A DNA stretch of 63,390 nucleotides, filler included, from Bigelowiella natans CCMP2755 (Eukaryota; Protista; Cercozoa), in the NCBI GenBank assembly GCA_000320545.1. It is 7 parts of 7 records of this genome, joined end to end, with 100 filler letters (N's around TTAATTAATTAA, not from the genome) between each part and the next. Parts side by side here need not be neighbours in the genome. Positions count along the whole stretch, not along the records: positions 1 to 31,934 come from ADNK01000565.1; 6 more parts are not named here. One strand, given 5' to 3'. The stretch's first letter is position 1, and every line of letters starts with the position of its first letter. Below the pieces are notes generated by a model. That model was not told the DNA's origin. It searched no databases and saw only the letters and a program-made list of their open reading frames with translations. Positions 12,141 through 25,767 of the stretch are shown in pieces. Both the position numbers and the translations under genes were made by a program.

Positions 12141-15100
12141 ATGTCAATGATTCAAGATGGCCGTGAACGGCGCAAGACCTGGTAGGGCTGGAGAGATCGC
12201 ATAAGTTTAATTTTTTTTCGATAAGCTGATGTATTGCCGCAATAATATCGAATTTATACGGTATTACTCGGACGATAATGTGTCCCTAGGTACCATTGCG
12301 GTGTTTGTGGTATTCGGCTTGACCGAGAAAAACGCATTCAGTCGCACCTTCGCAGCAAGTAATGGTTTCACTTCTACCAATGAGGATACTGAATGAGGAT
12401 AATGATGATGATGATGATGATTATGATGATGATCATGACAAATATACTTTCTGGGAAATACTGCAGCAGGATCACATCAGCGTACAATATGATACGCTAG
12501 CTGCCTACTCTTAGTAAGCGAATAGATTACCATCATGAAATACCCATGAAATGGTATGCTGGTCTGGGCCATGTTCTCCCCACACAATATATCTTCTTCT
12601 ATTGAATTCATTCCCTAATCCTTACCTTCTAGGCACTTGAAGAAAGACCCAGCAACGCTTGCTAGAACGATTCTCATGGCTCCGGCAGCTATTTTTGTCC
12701 AGGTAGGCGATAGTAGAGTTCCCCAATGAATTAGCTGTACTGCAGATGTTGCTTATGGATACCTTCGCCATCCATCATCATCATCATCATCATCACCATC
12801 ACCATAAACACGTAAATATCATATATGTTCGTTGACATTATCTATGGTGTTGCTATCAGAACGAAAGCATGCATCCCATTTTCCCGAAGTAAGTCCTAGT
12901 AGGATAGATACTTGTAATTGTTTGTGTATATGGTTCAAGTTTAGCAAGCTACAGCAAGTTTATATGCTGCTGCTGTCTCATGATTTATCATCAGCCAGCG
13001 ATTCTTTAGCACATAGAGAAACCTTGCAGTCAATCATAGCATGTTAAATGTGTGTGCATTCACTTCCCACACAACAGAAATCGAACTAGCTTCTGAATTG
13101 GTTTCAATCTTTCGTTCTTTCCATTATGCAAGAATACTTATGTCCTCCTTATTTTCTCGTTGTCCGTCGTCGTCGTCGTCGCCGTGGTGTCGTGCGCGTA
13201 ATCATCGTCGCCATCATCCACTTCGATAGCAGCAGCAACTTGTCAACTACCCCTTCCACGAGCAGCTCACGTGCGGATACCCCCACGACTATGGGCAGTG
13301 CATCGACACCCACACCCCCGACTATCAGCCCACCGCCTCCTTCACCAACAGCAATCTCTCCCCGCTACTCCCATCTCAAGAAGCCCAAAGCGCATTTCTT
13401 TGGCACTATTATGACGCCGAAAACGGGGAGGGGGGGCAAAGGGCAGGCCGGGGCGATCAATCTTCCAGCTGCAACGGCTATTACACGACCTGCATCCTCT
13501 GGGGTGACGACTATCTCAAATTGTTCTGCTGCTTTCGCGGCAGCTGCTGCAGGTTCCTCTCTCCCCCCCCAACGGAATTATGATGCTGGAAATGGAGGAA
13601 GCAGAGGCCAAGCTACAGAGCGCCATCACCAACATTACCACTCGCAGCAGCACCAGCAGCTAGGGGACGCAGGACATCGAAAGCAATCAACGACATCATA
13701 TCTGCAACCGCTGCCTTGCGCTCCTTCTCCTCCTCCCCCCCTGCCCCCACATCAGTATCAGAGCAACAACCATGGAAATGAGCATATCCCCAAATACGGT
13801 AGACCCTCCTCTCGCCAGAACGAAGGTTATGGTGAACGATTCATTGACCAAGATCATCATCTTCAGCTGCAACAACAACATCAAGAACAGCATCGACCCT
13901 CGAGTCACAACACCGATGGTGGTACCCCAAACGGAAGGAGGCAGCAGTATTTTCATCCTCTTCAGTTCCAGCGACAACAGCAGCAGCAGCAACAACAACA
14001 ACAACAACAGCAACGCTTTGAATGTGCCCAGCAGACTTCGCCTCCATTTTCTAAAAGCAGCAGCAACAGCCCGACGAACAGCAGCACCACCATCATTGCT
14101 GCCCCCCACCGAGCTGGTTATAGCCATGGGGAGCTTAATGGTTCCACTTTGAATTATTCAATCTCGCCGTCGTCTTTGATGTCTTCTGCATCATCATCAT
14201 CACGCTCTCTCGAGTCATCACAGCAGCCGTACCACCACCACCAGGATTCCAAAAGACGCAGGGGACAGCAGCTAGTTACTGCGACGATGAGGAAGAAAAC
14301 TCCAGTCGCATCCCAGAAGCATCAAGAGCAGCGGAGGTTGCTTGCCCCCCACCAGTCTGCTGCTGCTGAAGTCGAAGTACAAGCTGTGACCCCAGAGAAG
14401 ACCCACACAGACCAACAGCAATTGCAACAGCAGCGGCACCAGCAGCAACAGCAACAACAAAAACAACAGATATCACAGTATCGACTACGTGATCATCATC
14501 AGCAGCAGCAGCAGGAGGAGGAGGAGGAGAAATCGCAGCATCGAAACGCAACAGCAAAAACTCCTCGTGCTGCTCCTCTGGCAGTGCCAACGAATGTCAT
14601 TATCTACCCCCATTCCCAACCAACGATGCTGATGATGCTCCAGCAACAGCAGCAAAGAGCAGCCTCTTCAATGCCCTCTCCATCTTCTTCTTCGTCTTCT
14701 TCATTGCAGCCGTCACCACCATTACCATCATTATCATCCACGTCCTCAACATCTGCAACAGCAGCAACAACAACAACAACAACGGCGAAGCATCAACTTC
14801 CTAATAATCATCAATCGCGACGACGACGACAACAACAACACCCAAGCAGCAGCAGCAGCAGCAGCAGCAACCACAACCACCACCACCACTACTACCACCA
14901 TATAAACAGAAATGAAGGGTACTCTATCAAAAAGGAAATTAATAATATTAATAGTGGGTGTAGTAGCAGCAGCAGTAGTAGTAGTAGGAGTAGTAGTAGT
15001 AGTGCTTCCTACTCAGGAAGAGGAGGGGGAGGGGGAGGAGGAGGAGGAAGAGGATTCACACCGCCATCTTCGCGAATATCTTCATCGTCGCCATCTTCAT

Positions 15101-15961
15101 CATCCCGACTCCGAAACGGAGCAAGTGGCTTTCCGTCCTCTTCTTCAGGTGAAGAATGGATGAATGACGATGGGTGTGGTTGTGATGATGATGATAATGA
15201 GGATGATGAGGATGATAATAACGACGGTGCCAATGACAATTGCTGTTTAGACGTCTCCTCAACAATAAATACCACCCACGCTACGCTCGCGTTTTCTTTC
15301 ACATTAGTAGGAAATACTTTGCGTCGTATTTTTCATTGATTTCCTTGCTTTGCCCTCCTCCTCGTCGTTGCTGCATTCTCCTTGTCTTATCGATGTCTGT
15401 AGCAGGAGCGAAGCGAACAGCTGCAGATATGCTTCAGGCTGGGTTCGTTCCCGCTCAGATCCCAAGTAGCAGCAGCACCGCCACCTCAGCAGATCAAAGA
15501 AGGAAAAAGAGAAATAGGATGATAATGACGACGACTGCGTCTATTAAAAATAACACAGCAGTAGCAACAGCAGCAACTACCACCACGGCTACCACTCCAT
15601 TGGGTGCTGGTGCTCCTAATACCGCCGCTTCTTCTGCTGCATCATCATCATCAGCATTAGCAATGTCCTTCTACCCTTCCTCCTCCTCCTCCTCCTCCTC
15701 CTCGTTGATGTCGCCTCCACGCACACCGTTATCAGATCCGAATAAGTTTCATCGGCAACATCATAAACTGCAGCAGCAGCAGCAGCAGCAAGATCGCCTG
15801 GAATATCCTCGTCAATTCCGTAGTTTTCATGATCAACACCAACAGCATCAGCAGCAACAGCACCAGCAAAATCGAGACAACGACTGCTTTAATGCCTTGA
15901 CGGAGGTGTTTCAATCGCTCGAGAAAAGACTCATGGTGAGTGGGTTGTGTGAATGGCGTAT

Positions 15962-15993
<32 letters not shown>

Positions 15994-16067
15994 TAATCCT
16001 GTACGAATCAATGCGAACTATAGTTACTTTGGTGAAGGGGGGGAGTGGAGGGATCAGGAAGGAGGGT

Positions 16068-16121
<54 letters not shown>

Positions 16122-16786
16122 TATCTATCTCTCACCCTCTCTCTCAACATCATCATTATCTTGCTTACCCCCCCCCCCCCTCCCTTCCCTTTGAAATGAA
16201 GCCCGCCCATCATACGTTGCTTCTCCGTTGCAAAACGTCGACCTCTTACTAAATGAGTGTGTGTGCACATTATCAACAGGACACGGAGGATGATAAGGCG
16301 AGCGTGCACAGGTACATGACCTACATTAGCCGTCACAACCCGAGAGACGTACTGGAGAGAGTGTTTGAGATCGAAGAGGCCCAGCAAAGACTCCGCCAAC
16401 AAGCAGGTAGTAGCAGCAGTAGTAGTAGTAGTAGTAGTAGTAGTATAGTAGCATCTTTGGCGGTGGTGACAGCGTATAGCGTAGTTCGCTACTCTTTCGC
16501 TCACCAGGCGAGAGGGGAGGGAAGGAGGGGGGAAATAGAACAAGATTCTTTCACATAACAAAGAAAGGAACTGCGAGGAGAGAATGACCATTGTAGCGCA
16601 GATCAGATTTCGCGTCGGTAGGTACTATTTGATGAATTCAATGCTGAGGAGAAGCATTCTGTTGTTGTCGATACTATGTTCGTAGATTGTGAAATCTCTC
16701 GGATGATTCGCCTCGGAATTTTAGATACTGGCGAGCGCCCAGTACCTAATTGGAAGAAAAGGGGGCAAAATGGTGTGTCCACATAG
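12141..16786 (+). CDS. U1/matrin-type C2H2 zinc-finger protein with a very long Q/S/H/P-rich disordered region
   Basis: ATG at 12141 (MSMIQDGRERRKTW) spliced to YHCGVCGIRLDREKRIQSHLRSK (zf-met-like C-x2-C-x12-H). Long low-complexity exons lie within ORFs 13126-15339 and 15240-16199. C-terminal exons end VLFDEFNAEEKHSVVVDTMFVDCEISRMIRLGILDTGERPVPNWKKRGQNGVST* at 16786. Joining all of these into one gene is inferred; one splice phase after the finger did not resolve. Confidence 0.55.
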
Positions 16787-17424
16787 CAACCTTGACGAGG
16801 GATAATCATGAGACAGAGTAAAGTGTGAAGACTACTTGCACTAGAGTATTGCATGTTACTCCACTGAATGTGTTGTCATGATGCCAAAAGATGTTCAGAA
16901 GCATGCTTACCGCATAGCAAAGCAAATCAAAGAATGTATTGGGTCCCTATCATGTCTTATATTCGTGCGAATGACACAGCGCTAAAAAGCTCTACATCGT
17001 AGCGCCTTCGCGTATACGCGTGTTCATGAAAACGATATTGATACTAGCGCATGAATAAATGGGCGCGGCACTCTGTTTCGTCAGTCCCGTCGTGTAGGGT
17101 AGGATCGAAATCTAGAACAGCTGCGGTGCTATAACATCCTATATACACCTAGCATATGTGCGTGCTGGCTAGCTAGCAAAGTAGCCACGATGCACTACAC
17201 ACACAGCTCAGCAACATACGCTGTGCATGGACACAGCTCGCTCCATGTGAAATTATGCATGGTATTACTGTGTCTATTATTGAACACACAAAACTAAAAA
17301 AAAGAAAGACTTTTACATAAGATAGTAGACAAAGTAATATTATACATATTTTATGTCTCTAATTAAGCAATGAATCCGTTTCCAAAGAAAGTGCGTTATG
17401 ATATTCGTAGCAATGAACAAGGAT

Positions 17425-17484
17425 ATATGAGACGGATGTAATGATTAATTTAAATTTGACCATTTCATTACATCCGTCTCATAT
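17425..17484. repeat. Perfect 20-bp inverted repeat with a 20-nt AT-rich spacer (hairpin; MITE remnant or pre-miRNA candidate)
   Basis: ATATGAGACGGATGTAATGA (17425-17444) and TCATTACATCCGTCTCATAT (17465-17484), lying between two convergent gene 3' ends. Confidence 0.9.
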
Positions 17485-17618
17485 GCGCAACATATATTAT
17501 ATGTGCCTCGCTACATCGGCGCATATCCCGAACTTTAGCTTTACATGCAAGTTTACGCTCCTACGCCAATGCAACGGTTTGCCGCCCAACTTAGGTATTT
17601 AGCCAACGCGTTAAGAGA

Positions 17619-19904
17619 CTAGCTCTTCTGTTTCATAGCAAGCAATCCTGAGAGAAGAGCGGAGGGATCCCGGCTTACCCATTCTTTCCACATGTCATTT
17701 GTGCGAGAATGTCCTGGAAATTTCTGCATACCGAAGACCGCAAGTTCTCCTAATCTTTTCGTTGCGTCCGAGCGTATCCAATTTTCAGCATCCTTTCTTG
17801 CTGCTGTTTTGGGGCGGCTGATCGCTGTCGTGGTCTTTGTCTTCTGGCTTCCTCCCCCCTCCTTTTCTTCACTGGCAGTAGTTTCCAAGTTGGTGCTGCT
17901 ATCATGGTTATGCTGACGACAACGGTGCTCCTCCCATTTGAGTAATACCATCTCCAGCTGTTTGATGCTGAAGAAACAAGCGTAAAGGTCCGTTGGCGTT
18001 TGGAGAGATTGGGGGTTAAAGAACCCAGATGCCACCCTAGCTAAAGAGACGCTGGGGTCCATTTCCTGCAAAGGGTGATAATATGTAAAAAGAAGAAAAT
18101 CAGCCTCTCATCTTCTGAATACCGTTTTCACTTAGGTCAACTCTTCAACTGCTACGACACTACCTTTTGAGGAGGCGGCAGCAGAGCCTTAAGACTGTGA
18201 TGAATAATGGCGATTGACGACGCTCGTTGAGCCTTCTTGTGGAGGGATGATATACTATTCGGTCGTTTGCGCAGAGTCACTAAAGGAGGTGACGGCAAGT
18301 TTGCGAGTCTGCTCGTCGCATATCACACAACAAAGCCATAAAACGTACCTCTTAGTAAGCAGATTATTCTCAGAAGAATTGAGGAATGTATTTGACTACT
18401 CACCGGTGGCCTCCTTCTATGGCTAATCTATGCCACAAAGCATAATCCTCACAGTGCTCGTAGCCTACCACTTTCTCCTTACTTGTGACCTTGTCTGCTG
18501 CTGCTGCTGCTGCTGCCTCGTGTCCACCGTTCTTCCTTTCATCCTTATCATCATCGATTACTTTCTCCTGCCCTCCCTTATCGTCACTTCTCTTATCCTG
18601 GAATTTTGATGATGAGGAGGAGGAGGAGGAGCTGACTATTCTGTACACAGGCCTCGAAACACGAAGGAGTTGTCTTCGTGAGAACATCGCCGAGGGATGA
18701 GCCAACGGGCAATAGAAAAACATCGTCCATGCTATGGTGAGAGGGTGCGTTGGAAACGCAATGTGGCGCCGATGGCTTTGCTTTGCGACAGTAGCACTGC
18801 CATCATTGCTGCAAGAAACACCCTCAGTATCTTCATTGTCGTCTTTATCACCATCCTGATGATGACGGCGGGGCTCATTCTTAACGTTCGGATTTGATGA
18901 AGAAATAGCTCCTCCAGCACACTTTTTGGCATCCCGATCAGGGGCTAATAATGGCTCTACGTTTACAGCTGTTCCAACGGCCGTTATATCCGGATTGTTT
19001 TGGAGAAATCTTAACTGCAATTCAAGACGGGTCGGCTCCATGATGTCGTCCGCATCAGCTCTCGCCTATACAAAGAGGAAATACAAAGATGAGAAGACAG
19101 TGCTGATATTTGCGCGTATTAGTATTCAACCCTCCCCCACCCCCCTCCCCTCTATCCCCCCCTCTCTTTCCTCCTTCGTTCGTCGTACAATGTATGGGGA
19201 CTTGATGTTGTCAAGACCAAAGTTCAGCGCTGCACACAGACCTTCGTGTTTCTAAATGTTACCAAATGTGGAAAATAATATGTTAGCAAAGAAGGAGCCT
19301 GCAATGGCCTCCTCATTTAAGTGAGTGTGTGCTGCATGATCTATCACGAATTTCCCCACCTTCTGCAGCACACGAATCTGGTCGCTATATTTGAGCTTAA
19401 GGGTCTTCAAGATCTCAGCTGTTCGATCATTCGAACCATCATTAACAATGACTAGTTCCTACATGTTGCAAGCAGGTGATAAAGTTACTTCAGACAGGGA
19501 GACGGCTAAGCGATACCAACCAAGTAGCACTACTCACAAGTCATTATTCAAAGGCGGGCGCAGCATAAGAATGTGGTACCGCTCGTTCGATTCCCTTCTG
19601 GCTATGGCCCCCCTTTGCGAATATCGTTTGCTTTTGGATGATATTTTCTACGGCAGCCTCCACTAAGTCCTCTTCGTTGAAGACACACAAAAGTACGCTC
19701 ACCCTCGGAGAGTGAGGGCCACTTATGTCCTGCTTGGTCGAATCCTTCCAAAGTGAAAGAAAATGTCTTTAGAATGAGAGGAATAACGCGCTGATACCCG
19801 ATTAGAACAATCAAATGTAACCGAGAGGGTATCAGTCGAGCCGTTGCCTCCGCCCGTGCGGAGGGCTGGTTGCTCCATTTTGATTCCGTTAATGATCGGC
19901 TCAT
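17619..19904 (-). CDS. Family 2 glycosyltransferase (GT-A fold), multi-exon
   Basis: EAAVENIIQKQT, ELVIVNDGSNDRTAEILK, HEGLCAALNFGLDNIKSPYI, ARADADDIMEPTRLELQLRFLQNNPDITAVGT (DxD motif), PLAHPSAMFSR and HCEDYALWHRL are the canonical GT2 motif series. The start codon is uncertain. Confidence 0.9.
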
Positions 19905-20247
19905 AGACAGTGTTCTGCCAGGTATATTTTGTAGAATTTATCTGTCAATATTTTAGGCTGTATACTTCGTAGTATTCACTTTCAGTCTTTCATTTCTCAT
20001 TTTCCGACATTGTCGCTAAAACTTCCGAGACCTCGCGTAAACTAGGATGTTTCATGGTCATTTTTCGATAGGCCGTTTAAGGGCAACGGTGTGGTGGGGA
20101 ATGCTATTCTTAGGTTTTTGTGTTCAATTGTGTTGTCGCACTATGGTTTATCCACGGATTTTGGGTCCTTTTGTAGTTTCGGAAAACAGCAGCAAAAATA
20201 TCGGCGCGCTCCATTTCTCCGCGACCCGCCCCCCTTCCCTTCCAATA

Positions 20248-20721
20248 ATGCTGTTCACACGAAGATGCCTGAGGTCATCATTGACTCTCGTTCGCCATGA
20301 AAGGATTGCATTCACGACTGTCCGAAAGTTTAGTACGGAAGATAAGGTGGGAAATACCACAGCAGGGCAGGCGATGAAGAAGACAACATCAGCCTTGATG
20401 GACCTAAGCGTGACTGATATCCACCATAAAGCAAACATTGGCTTGGCCGTCCTTACACCGGCGGCTTTCCTTCTGAGCCCTTCCATTCTCAACTACCCTG
20501 TGGATCTCGCAATGGGAGTGATGATTCCTGTTCACTCCCACGTATGCTTGAATCTTGTTGCAGAAGATTATGTCCCGCGAGGCACTGCACGCTCCACAGT
20601 AAAGCTCGGAATCGCGCTTGTGACCCTTGTAACTGCCTTCGGAATCATGAAAATAAATATGTGCGGACCGGGAATTACAGAGAGCATTAAGAGCCTGTGG
20701 AGAAAGCCAAAGACTGAGTAA
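20248..20721 (+). CDS. SDH4: Succinate dehydrogenase small membrane anchor subunit (CybS/SDHD), intronless, with mitochondrial presequence
   Basis: Arg/Ser-rich presequence MLFTRRCLRSSLTLVRH, then HKANIGLAVLTP...YPVDLAMGVMIPVHSHVCLNLVAEDYVPRG...GPGITESIKSLW (H-x-H...DY CybS signature). The ORF track begins at an upstream Met at 20047. Confidence 0.9.
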   Translation: MLFTRRCLRSSLTLVRHERIAFTTVRKFSTEDKVGNTTAGQAMKKTTSALMDLSVTDIHHKANIGLAVLTPAAFLLSPSILNYPVDLAMGVMIPVHSHVCLNLVAEDYVPRGTARSTVKLGIALVTLVTAFGIMKINMCGPGITESIKSLWRKPKTE

Positions 20722-21666
20722 GTATTGCTTATAACGATCGCAAACTGTTTCTTCATGAGGCAAAAGCAATTCCGCGAGAAGAATATCGATTTAATTTAAG
20801 CACAATAATATCCATGCGCCGTATTGATGCGGAAGTTTTCTCTATATATGCGATTCATGTAAGCATTCTGATACAAATATACGTCGTGTGTGTGTGTTAT
20901 TCTTTGTATGTAGTTTATATGCGTAGCCATCATGCACCCAATATTGCGCTATAGCTATATGCATATTTGCATTCCAACGCTTTACGCACTACATGCATAT
21001 GCTAAGTGAATGACACACTACGCATTTTTATAACGGGCGTGCATGTTATACTACGTCTGATTATCGTCAGTATATCAGACTTGTCTCGTTATCTCTGTCT
21101 CAGCTAGTCTATGCACATATTAGCGTCGAAATGATGATGCGATGCTAGAAGCATTATTACTAAGCTGGCCACACGCAAAGGTAACTACTAGCCCAATGTT
21201 GAGCGTGTGCGTGACATGCTGCATTCTGCCTGTACGTAATGTGTGATCGACATGCAGTTATTATTTGATACCAATCAACAATCAACACATTTGCACAATA
21301 TGCTGAGCTGGTCGATGAGGCTGCCATGTCTTTATGCTGAGCGTATAGGACATCATTTACGTTGTGTATAGTGTGATGAGCAAGTAATTATAAGCGAAGA
21401 CCAATATTTTTACTTGGCGGATTTACTGTTCGATCGGTCTCTTCGCGAACTAATGTAATGTATTTTATAGCATTAAGCTAGCATAGCATAGCATTGCATA
21501 CGGAAATATGTGTCTCTGCACTCTCGCACTGCTGCAGAACAGAAGTATATTGCATGACGCAAGATTGGAAGCAGGATACGATATGATCGAACCTAAAAAT
21601 TGTGCTAATATTGGTTTTATCCGGATATGCATTACAAGTTGAGGAATACGATAGTATATGTTTTCA

Positions 21667-21742
<76 letters not shown>

Positions 21743-21781
21743 TAATATATACATGCAAATGTATACATAATTAGAATATGT

Positions 21782-21813
<32 letters not shown>

Positions 21814-21884
21814 TTTTGTGTGTATCAATATTTATATGACAGCGAAACGTAGACCAGTGTGCTTCGATGATGTACCTGTACAAA

Positions 21885-23220
21885 CTATTTATCATTCTCG
21901 CCAACTTTGCCCGTTGATTTCCCCCCCCGGTTGCCCTCCTCATTTTCAGCTGAACTCTCCATAAGTTCTTTTCCAAACAAGGCTATTAATGGATCAAAAC
22001 CTTCTTGGATATCATTCTCATCGTTGTTGGCGATGTCGCCACTATTTTGGCCTATCCCATCAGCAGGCCCTCCGGATATCTCCTCACTGCGATGATAAGA
22101 AGGTAGGATAGAATCAATTTTTAAGTGAGAGAACCTTCCCAGGAAAGGTCGTGACGTTGCTATTTGTGGAAGTATTGTACACACACACACACAAACACAC
22201 GCACGTACACGCACACCACAGAAACGCACGATTCATGCATATAACGCTCACGTAGGCAAACGTTTACTTTTGATTGGTAGGCTCCATTTTGAGCCACTTG
22301 GATTGCTCCTCCATTTGTTCCCTCTTACCACGAAGCAAACCCTTCATGCGCTCGGCAAATTCATGGGTATTTTTAACTTCTAAGTAGTGTGCTGTCCATG
22401 AGCCAGCGGCGATGAACGTCGTTGTGCTTAGGACTGTCCCATAAACTGAACAAACGGATAGCTTGAATGGCGGTACAATGTAATGCTTTTATTTGTTCAT
22501 CGATGCAACATGATGATACCAAGGGCTCTCATCCCTATCCATGCCGCTTCCCCAGTACTCGCTTCTTCCACCTGTGGAAGGGGCAATCGTCTCCTCTTTG
22601 CCCATTCCTGTGTCGAAGTGATTCTCAATTTTCAATACATTTTTGACGGAGAGAAGAAGCTATTTTGAGAAATCTCGAATGGCTGCAAAATAGGTTTTAG
22701 ATTTACAGAAAATTGTGCACTACTATTTCTCTGAGATGCCTGTCTACGATTCTCCCAGCATGGCGGTTCCATCGGTAAAGCAAGAAGCCTCCGCAAAGTG
22801 AAATTGCGGTCGTAGCCATTGCGACACTCTTTGCAGAGGGGAGATCGTTTTCATACCTGTATACAAGTCATCAGACATTTTGAGGTTATGCCACTTATCA
22901 ACTCGTCAATCCAGATCCACACTTCTCCCTCTCCCATACTACTTGACGAAGGGGTCTTGCTCCATCCATGCAGGTTTAGAGATTCCCTCCAGGCCTTTCT
23001 CGCTCAGAATCGGCGGCTCTTCTCCCTTCATATACTTCTCCTCCGCTTCTCGCGCGGCCTTCTGCATGCTGGCTCCCATTCTCCTTACTGAGCCTTGCAC
23101 TCTGTGCAACTAACTCTCGTTCCTTTCGACAGTTGGAGTTGGGTGGGCGCGCACAACTTGCTTGGGAAACTTCGTCCTGCCCCGCCGAAAGCGTGTCTGT
23201 CTCTTAGATGTTTCTCGCAT
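21885..23220 (-). CDS. TMEM242/DUF1358-like (AIM11-like) mitochondrial membrane protein, multi-exon
   Basis: Spliced peptides VAMATTAISLCGGFLLYRW, EEASTGEAAWIGMRALGI and TTTFIAAGSWTAHYLEVKNTHEFAERMKG resemble the family pattern A..ALG.....; ..LGV....EF...M. Confidence 0.6.
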
Positions 23221-23490
23221 GTAAAAATGCCTTATTAGTCGTCTGCTCAATCCCCTCTTTGGTCCTTTTTCTGAACTGAGAATATCTTTGTGGTCTGTCT
23301 CGGACGGGTGTGCTGGTTTTTTATAGATGATATTATATTCATCGTCGATCTAAAAGAGCGTATTTATACCCTAAAAACTTCCAAAAATTGTGAGTTGTTG
23401 GCGAAGTTATTGCCTCCGAGAAACCCGCACAACACCGAAGAGGGGAGGGCGACCGGACCGGGCAAGTGCGCACAGGAGGCATTTCCAAAA

Positions 23491-24976
23491 ATGGACGCTG
23501 CTGGAAAGAGAGGGGTAATCTGAGAATGATCAGCAAAATTAAAAGATCGTCGGTGTCTCATGGCTCATGGCATTTTATGTGTTGTTTAACAGATCGAGCT
23601 CTTTGCCAAACTCACGGGAGCATCGTCAGAGACAAGAAAGGTCAGTGAACATATTATGCTGTTCCATGTATCCTGAACTCAGATGATTGCTGCTGTTGCA
23701 GGGCCACTGTTCTAAGTGCGGTGGAGATGGCCACCTGGCATTTCAATGCCGGAACTTTTTGCAAACGAAAACGGAAGATGTACGTGCTGGCATTTGTTTT
23801 TCGAAATTAGCTGGGCTCACTATTGTTGACAACCTAATAAATAAAGAGAGAGAGAGAGAAAAGGAAGAAGCGTTGTTAGGTTTGAGTTTTCATTCTAATG
23901 ATCTGTTTCACTTTCTATCCCTCCTACTTCTTTCCATCCTCCTCCTTACCACCTTGTACTCCTTCGATACTCAGAAAGATGAGATTTCCAGTACGTCGAG
24001 CGACTCGGATGATCTGGCAGTTCCAAACATAAAGTAATAATAAAAGAAAGGGATGTTAAAGTTGCTGGTTGGAGTATGGAAGGGGGTTGTTTGGGAGCCC
24101 ACTATCCGTTGATCCGCTAGCGACAACGCGAAGTGGCCGAGACGGGAATTTTGTTCAATACTAATACTTCTTCCATCTAAACTCAAACTCTTTCTTCTCT
24201 TTTTCTCTTCTCCCCTATCGTTTTCCTTAGGGCATATGCAGCAAATATCTCGTCAGAATCCGAGTACTTACCACATTTATGTCTCCATAAATTGAACTGC
24301 TTTCGTGCTTTCCACCCAAGGTAGTAATACCGCTCAATGATGTTTCTTTCTTACTCGAATATAAGGTCTGATGACTCCGAGGAGGAACGAAGAAAAAAGA
24401 AAAAGAAAAAGAAGAAGAAAAAGAAAAAGAAAAAGAAGAAAGAGAAGAAGGTAATATACCTAAATGTAATACATAAGCGTACAGATTTAATATTCATATT
24501 TACGCGTGTGGATGTGTCTTAGCTTTACACGTGTGGTTGTGTTAATGCGATTTGCGTGTTAACCAGAAGGAGAAAGACGAGAGTAAAGATAGCAGGAAGA
24601 GAAAGGACAGGGACGATGATGATTACGGGGGAAGGAGGTGATAAAATAACAATGTTTGTAGTGCAATGATCAGGTGCATTAAGCGTTTCTCACAATTTAA
24701 CTAACATCTCGCCGTCTCGCCGCAGTGATGAGGATGAGAAGCACAGGGACAAGCAGTCCAAGAAGAAAAAGAAACGCCGTAAGAAAGTAATAATCGTACG
24801 AAAAAATGAAAAAATGTTCACTGTTTCTTGCGATGGAAAGGAGCGACAGCATTATGTGTGGGATAATTCCGCCCATTAATTTTTGCATTTACAAAAGCAT
24901 GCTTATGTGGTGTTTGCAGGAGAAATCGAAGAAGAAAAAGCGAGACAAAGACTACAGTGATGATAGCGACGATTAA
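23491..24976 (+). CDS. SREK1IP1 / CAX-interacting protein 4-like zinc-knuckle protein
   Basis: MDAAGKRG spliced to GHCSKCGGDGHLAFQCRNFL (CX2CX4HX4C followed by RNF), then DEISSTSSDSDD and a K/R/D/S-rich tail ending DYSDDSDD*. Confidence 0.85.
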
Positions 24977-25767
24977 TGGAGAACCTAAAAGTATTAGTAG
25001 CAAGTTTCTCGCCACGAACGACGAACTCTACAACATCAAGCTTTCACGTATACTGCATGCGCATGCATTACGTTTACAAAGTTCTAGATGTGACAAGCTG
25101 TATTTTTATGCCTAGATTGCACTATAATGCTCGAGCTATTCGTGGCCCAGCTAATGGCCGTATATACATTGTCAATGATGTTATACAAACACACACATAG
25201 CGAGGGTTAAACGCCTGTAGCTCCGTTATTGTACTAGCTAGGATACAAGCAGCATATCTAGATATATATGCGCACGCTATCGATTACATTCGCGTCGTCA
25301 CGGGCGGCGCACAGCCCTACGCGTGCGTACTTGACCGTACATGCATGTAATGAATAACGGGCTACGACGTGCTAATTATTGATAAAGCATCTACGTACGG
25401 TCGCAATAATCACATACGTACAGCACACGCTGCAGATCTTATGGCAGAAGTTGGTTGGACTACGCGTAGCAGGCGCAAGCGGGCAGCTTGAAAGCACGAG
25501 AAAGCACAATAGACGCACCTTCACATTATTATGCACGTGCGCGCTGTGTGATGGACTGGTGCCTCGCAATTAATTGAATTCGTATTGTGTGGTGTGTAAT
25601 GATCGACGATATTGCAATGCAGGATACATTATGACTGATCGTCAGCATCGGATGCGCTATACTAAGTGGTGCAAAACGAGACGATACTAATGTAACGTCA
25701 ATCTCAACTTATCGTTTATTATTGCCTTCCTCACTACAAATCTACGACTATGAAGTCAATCCATTTC

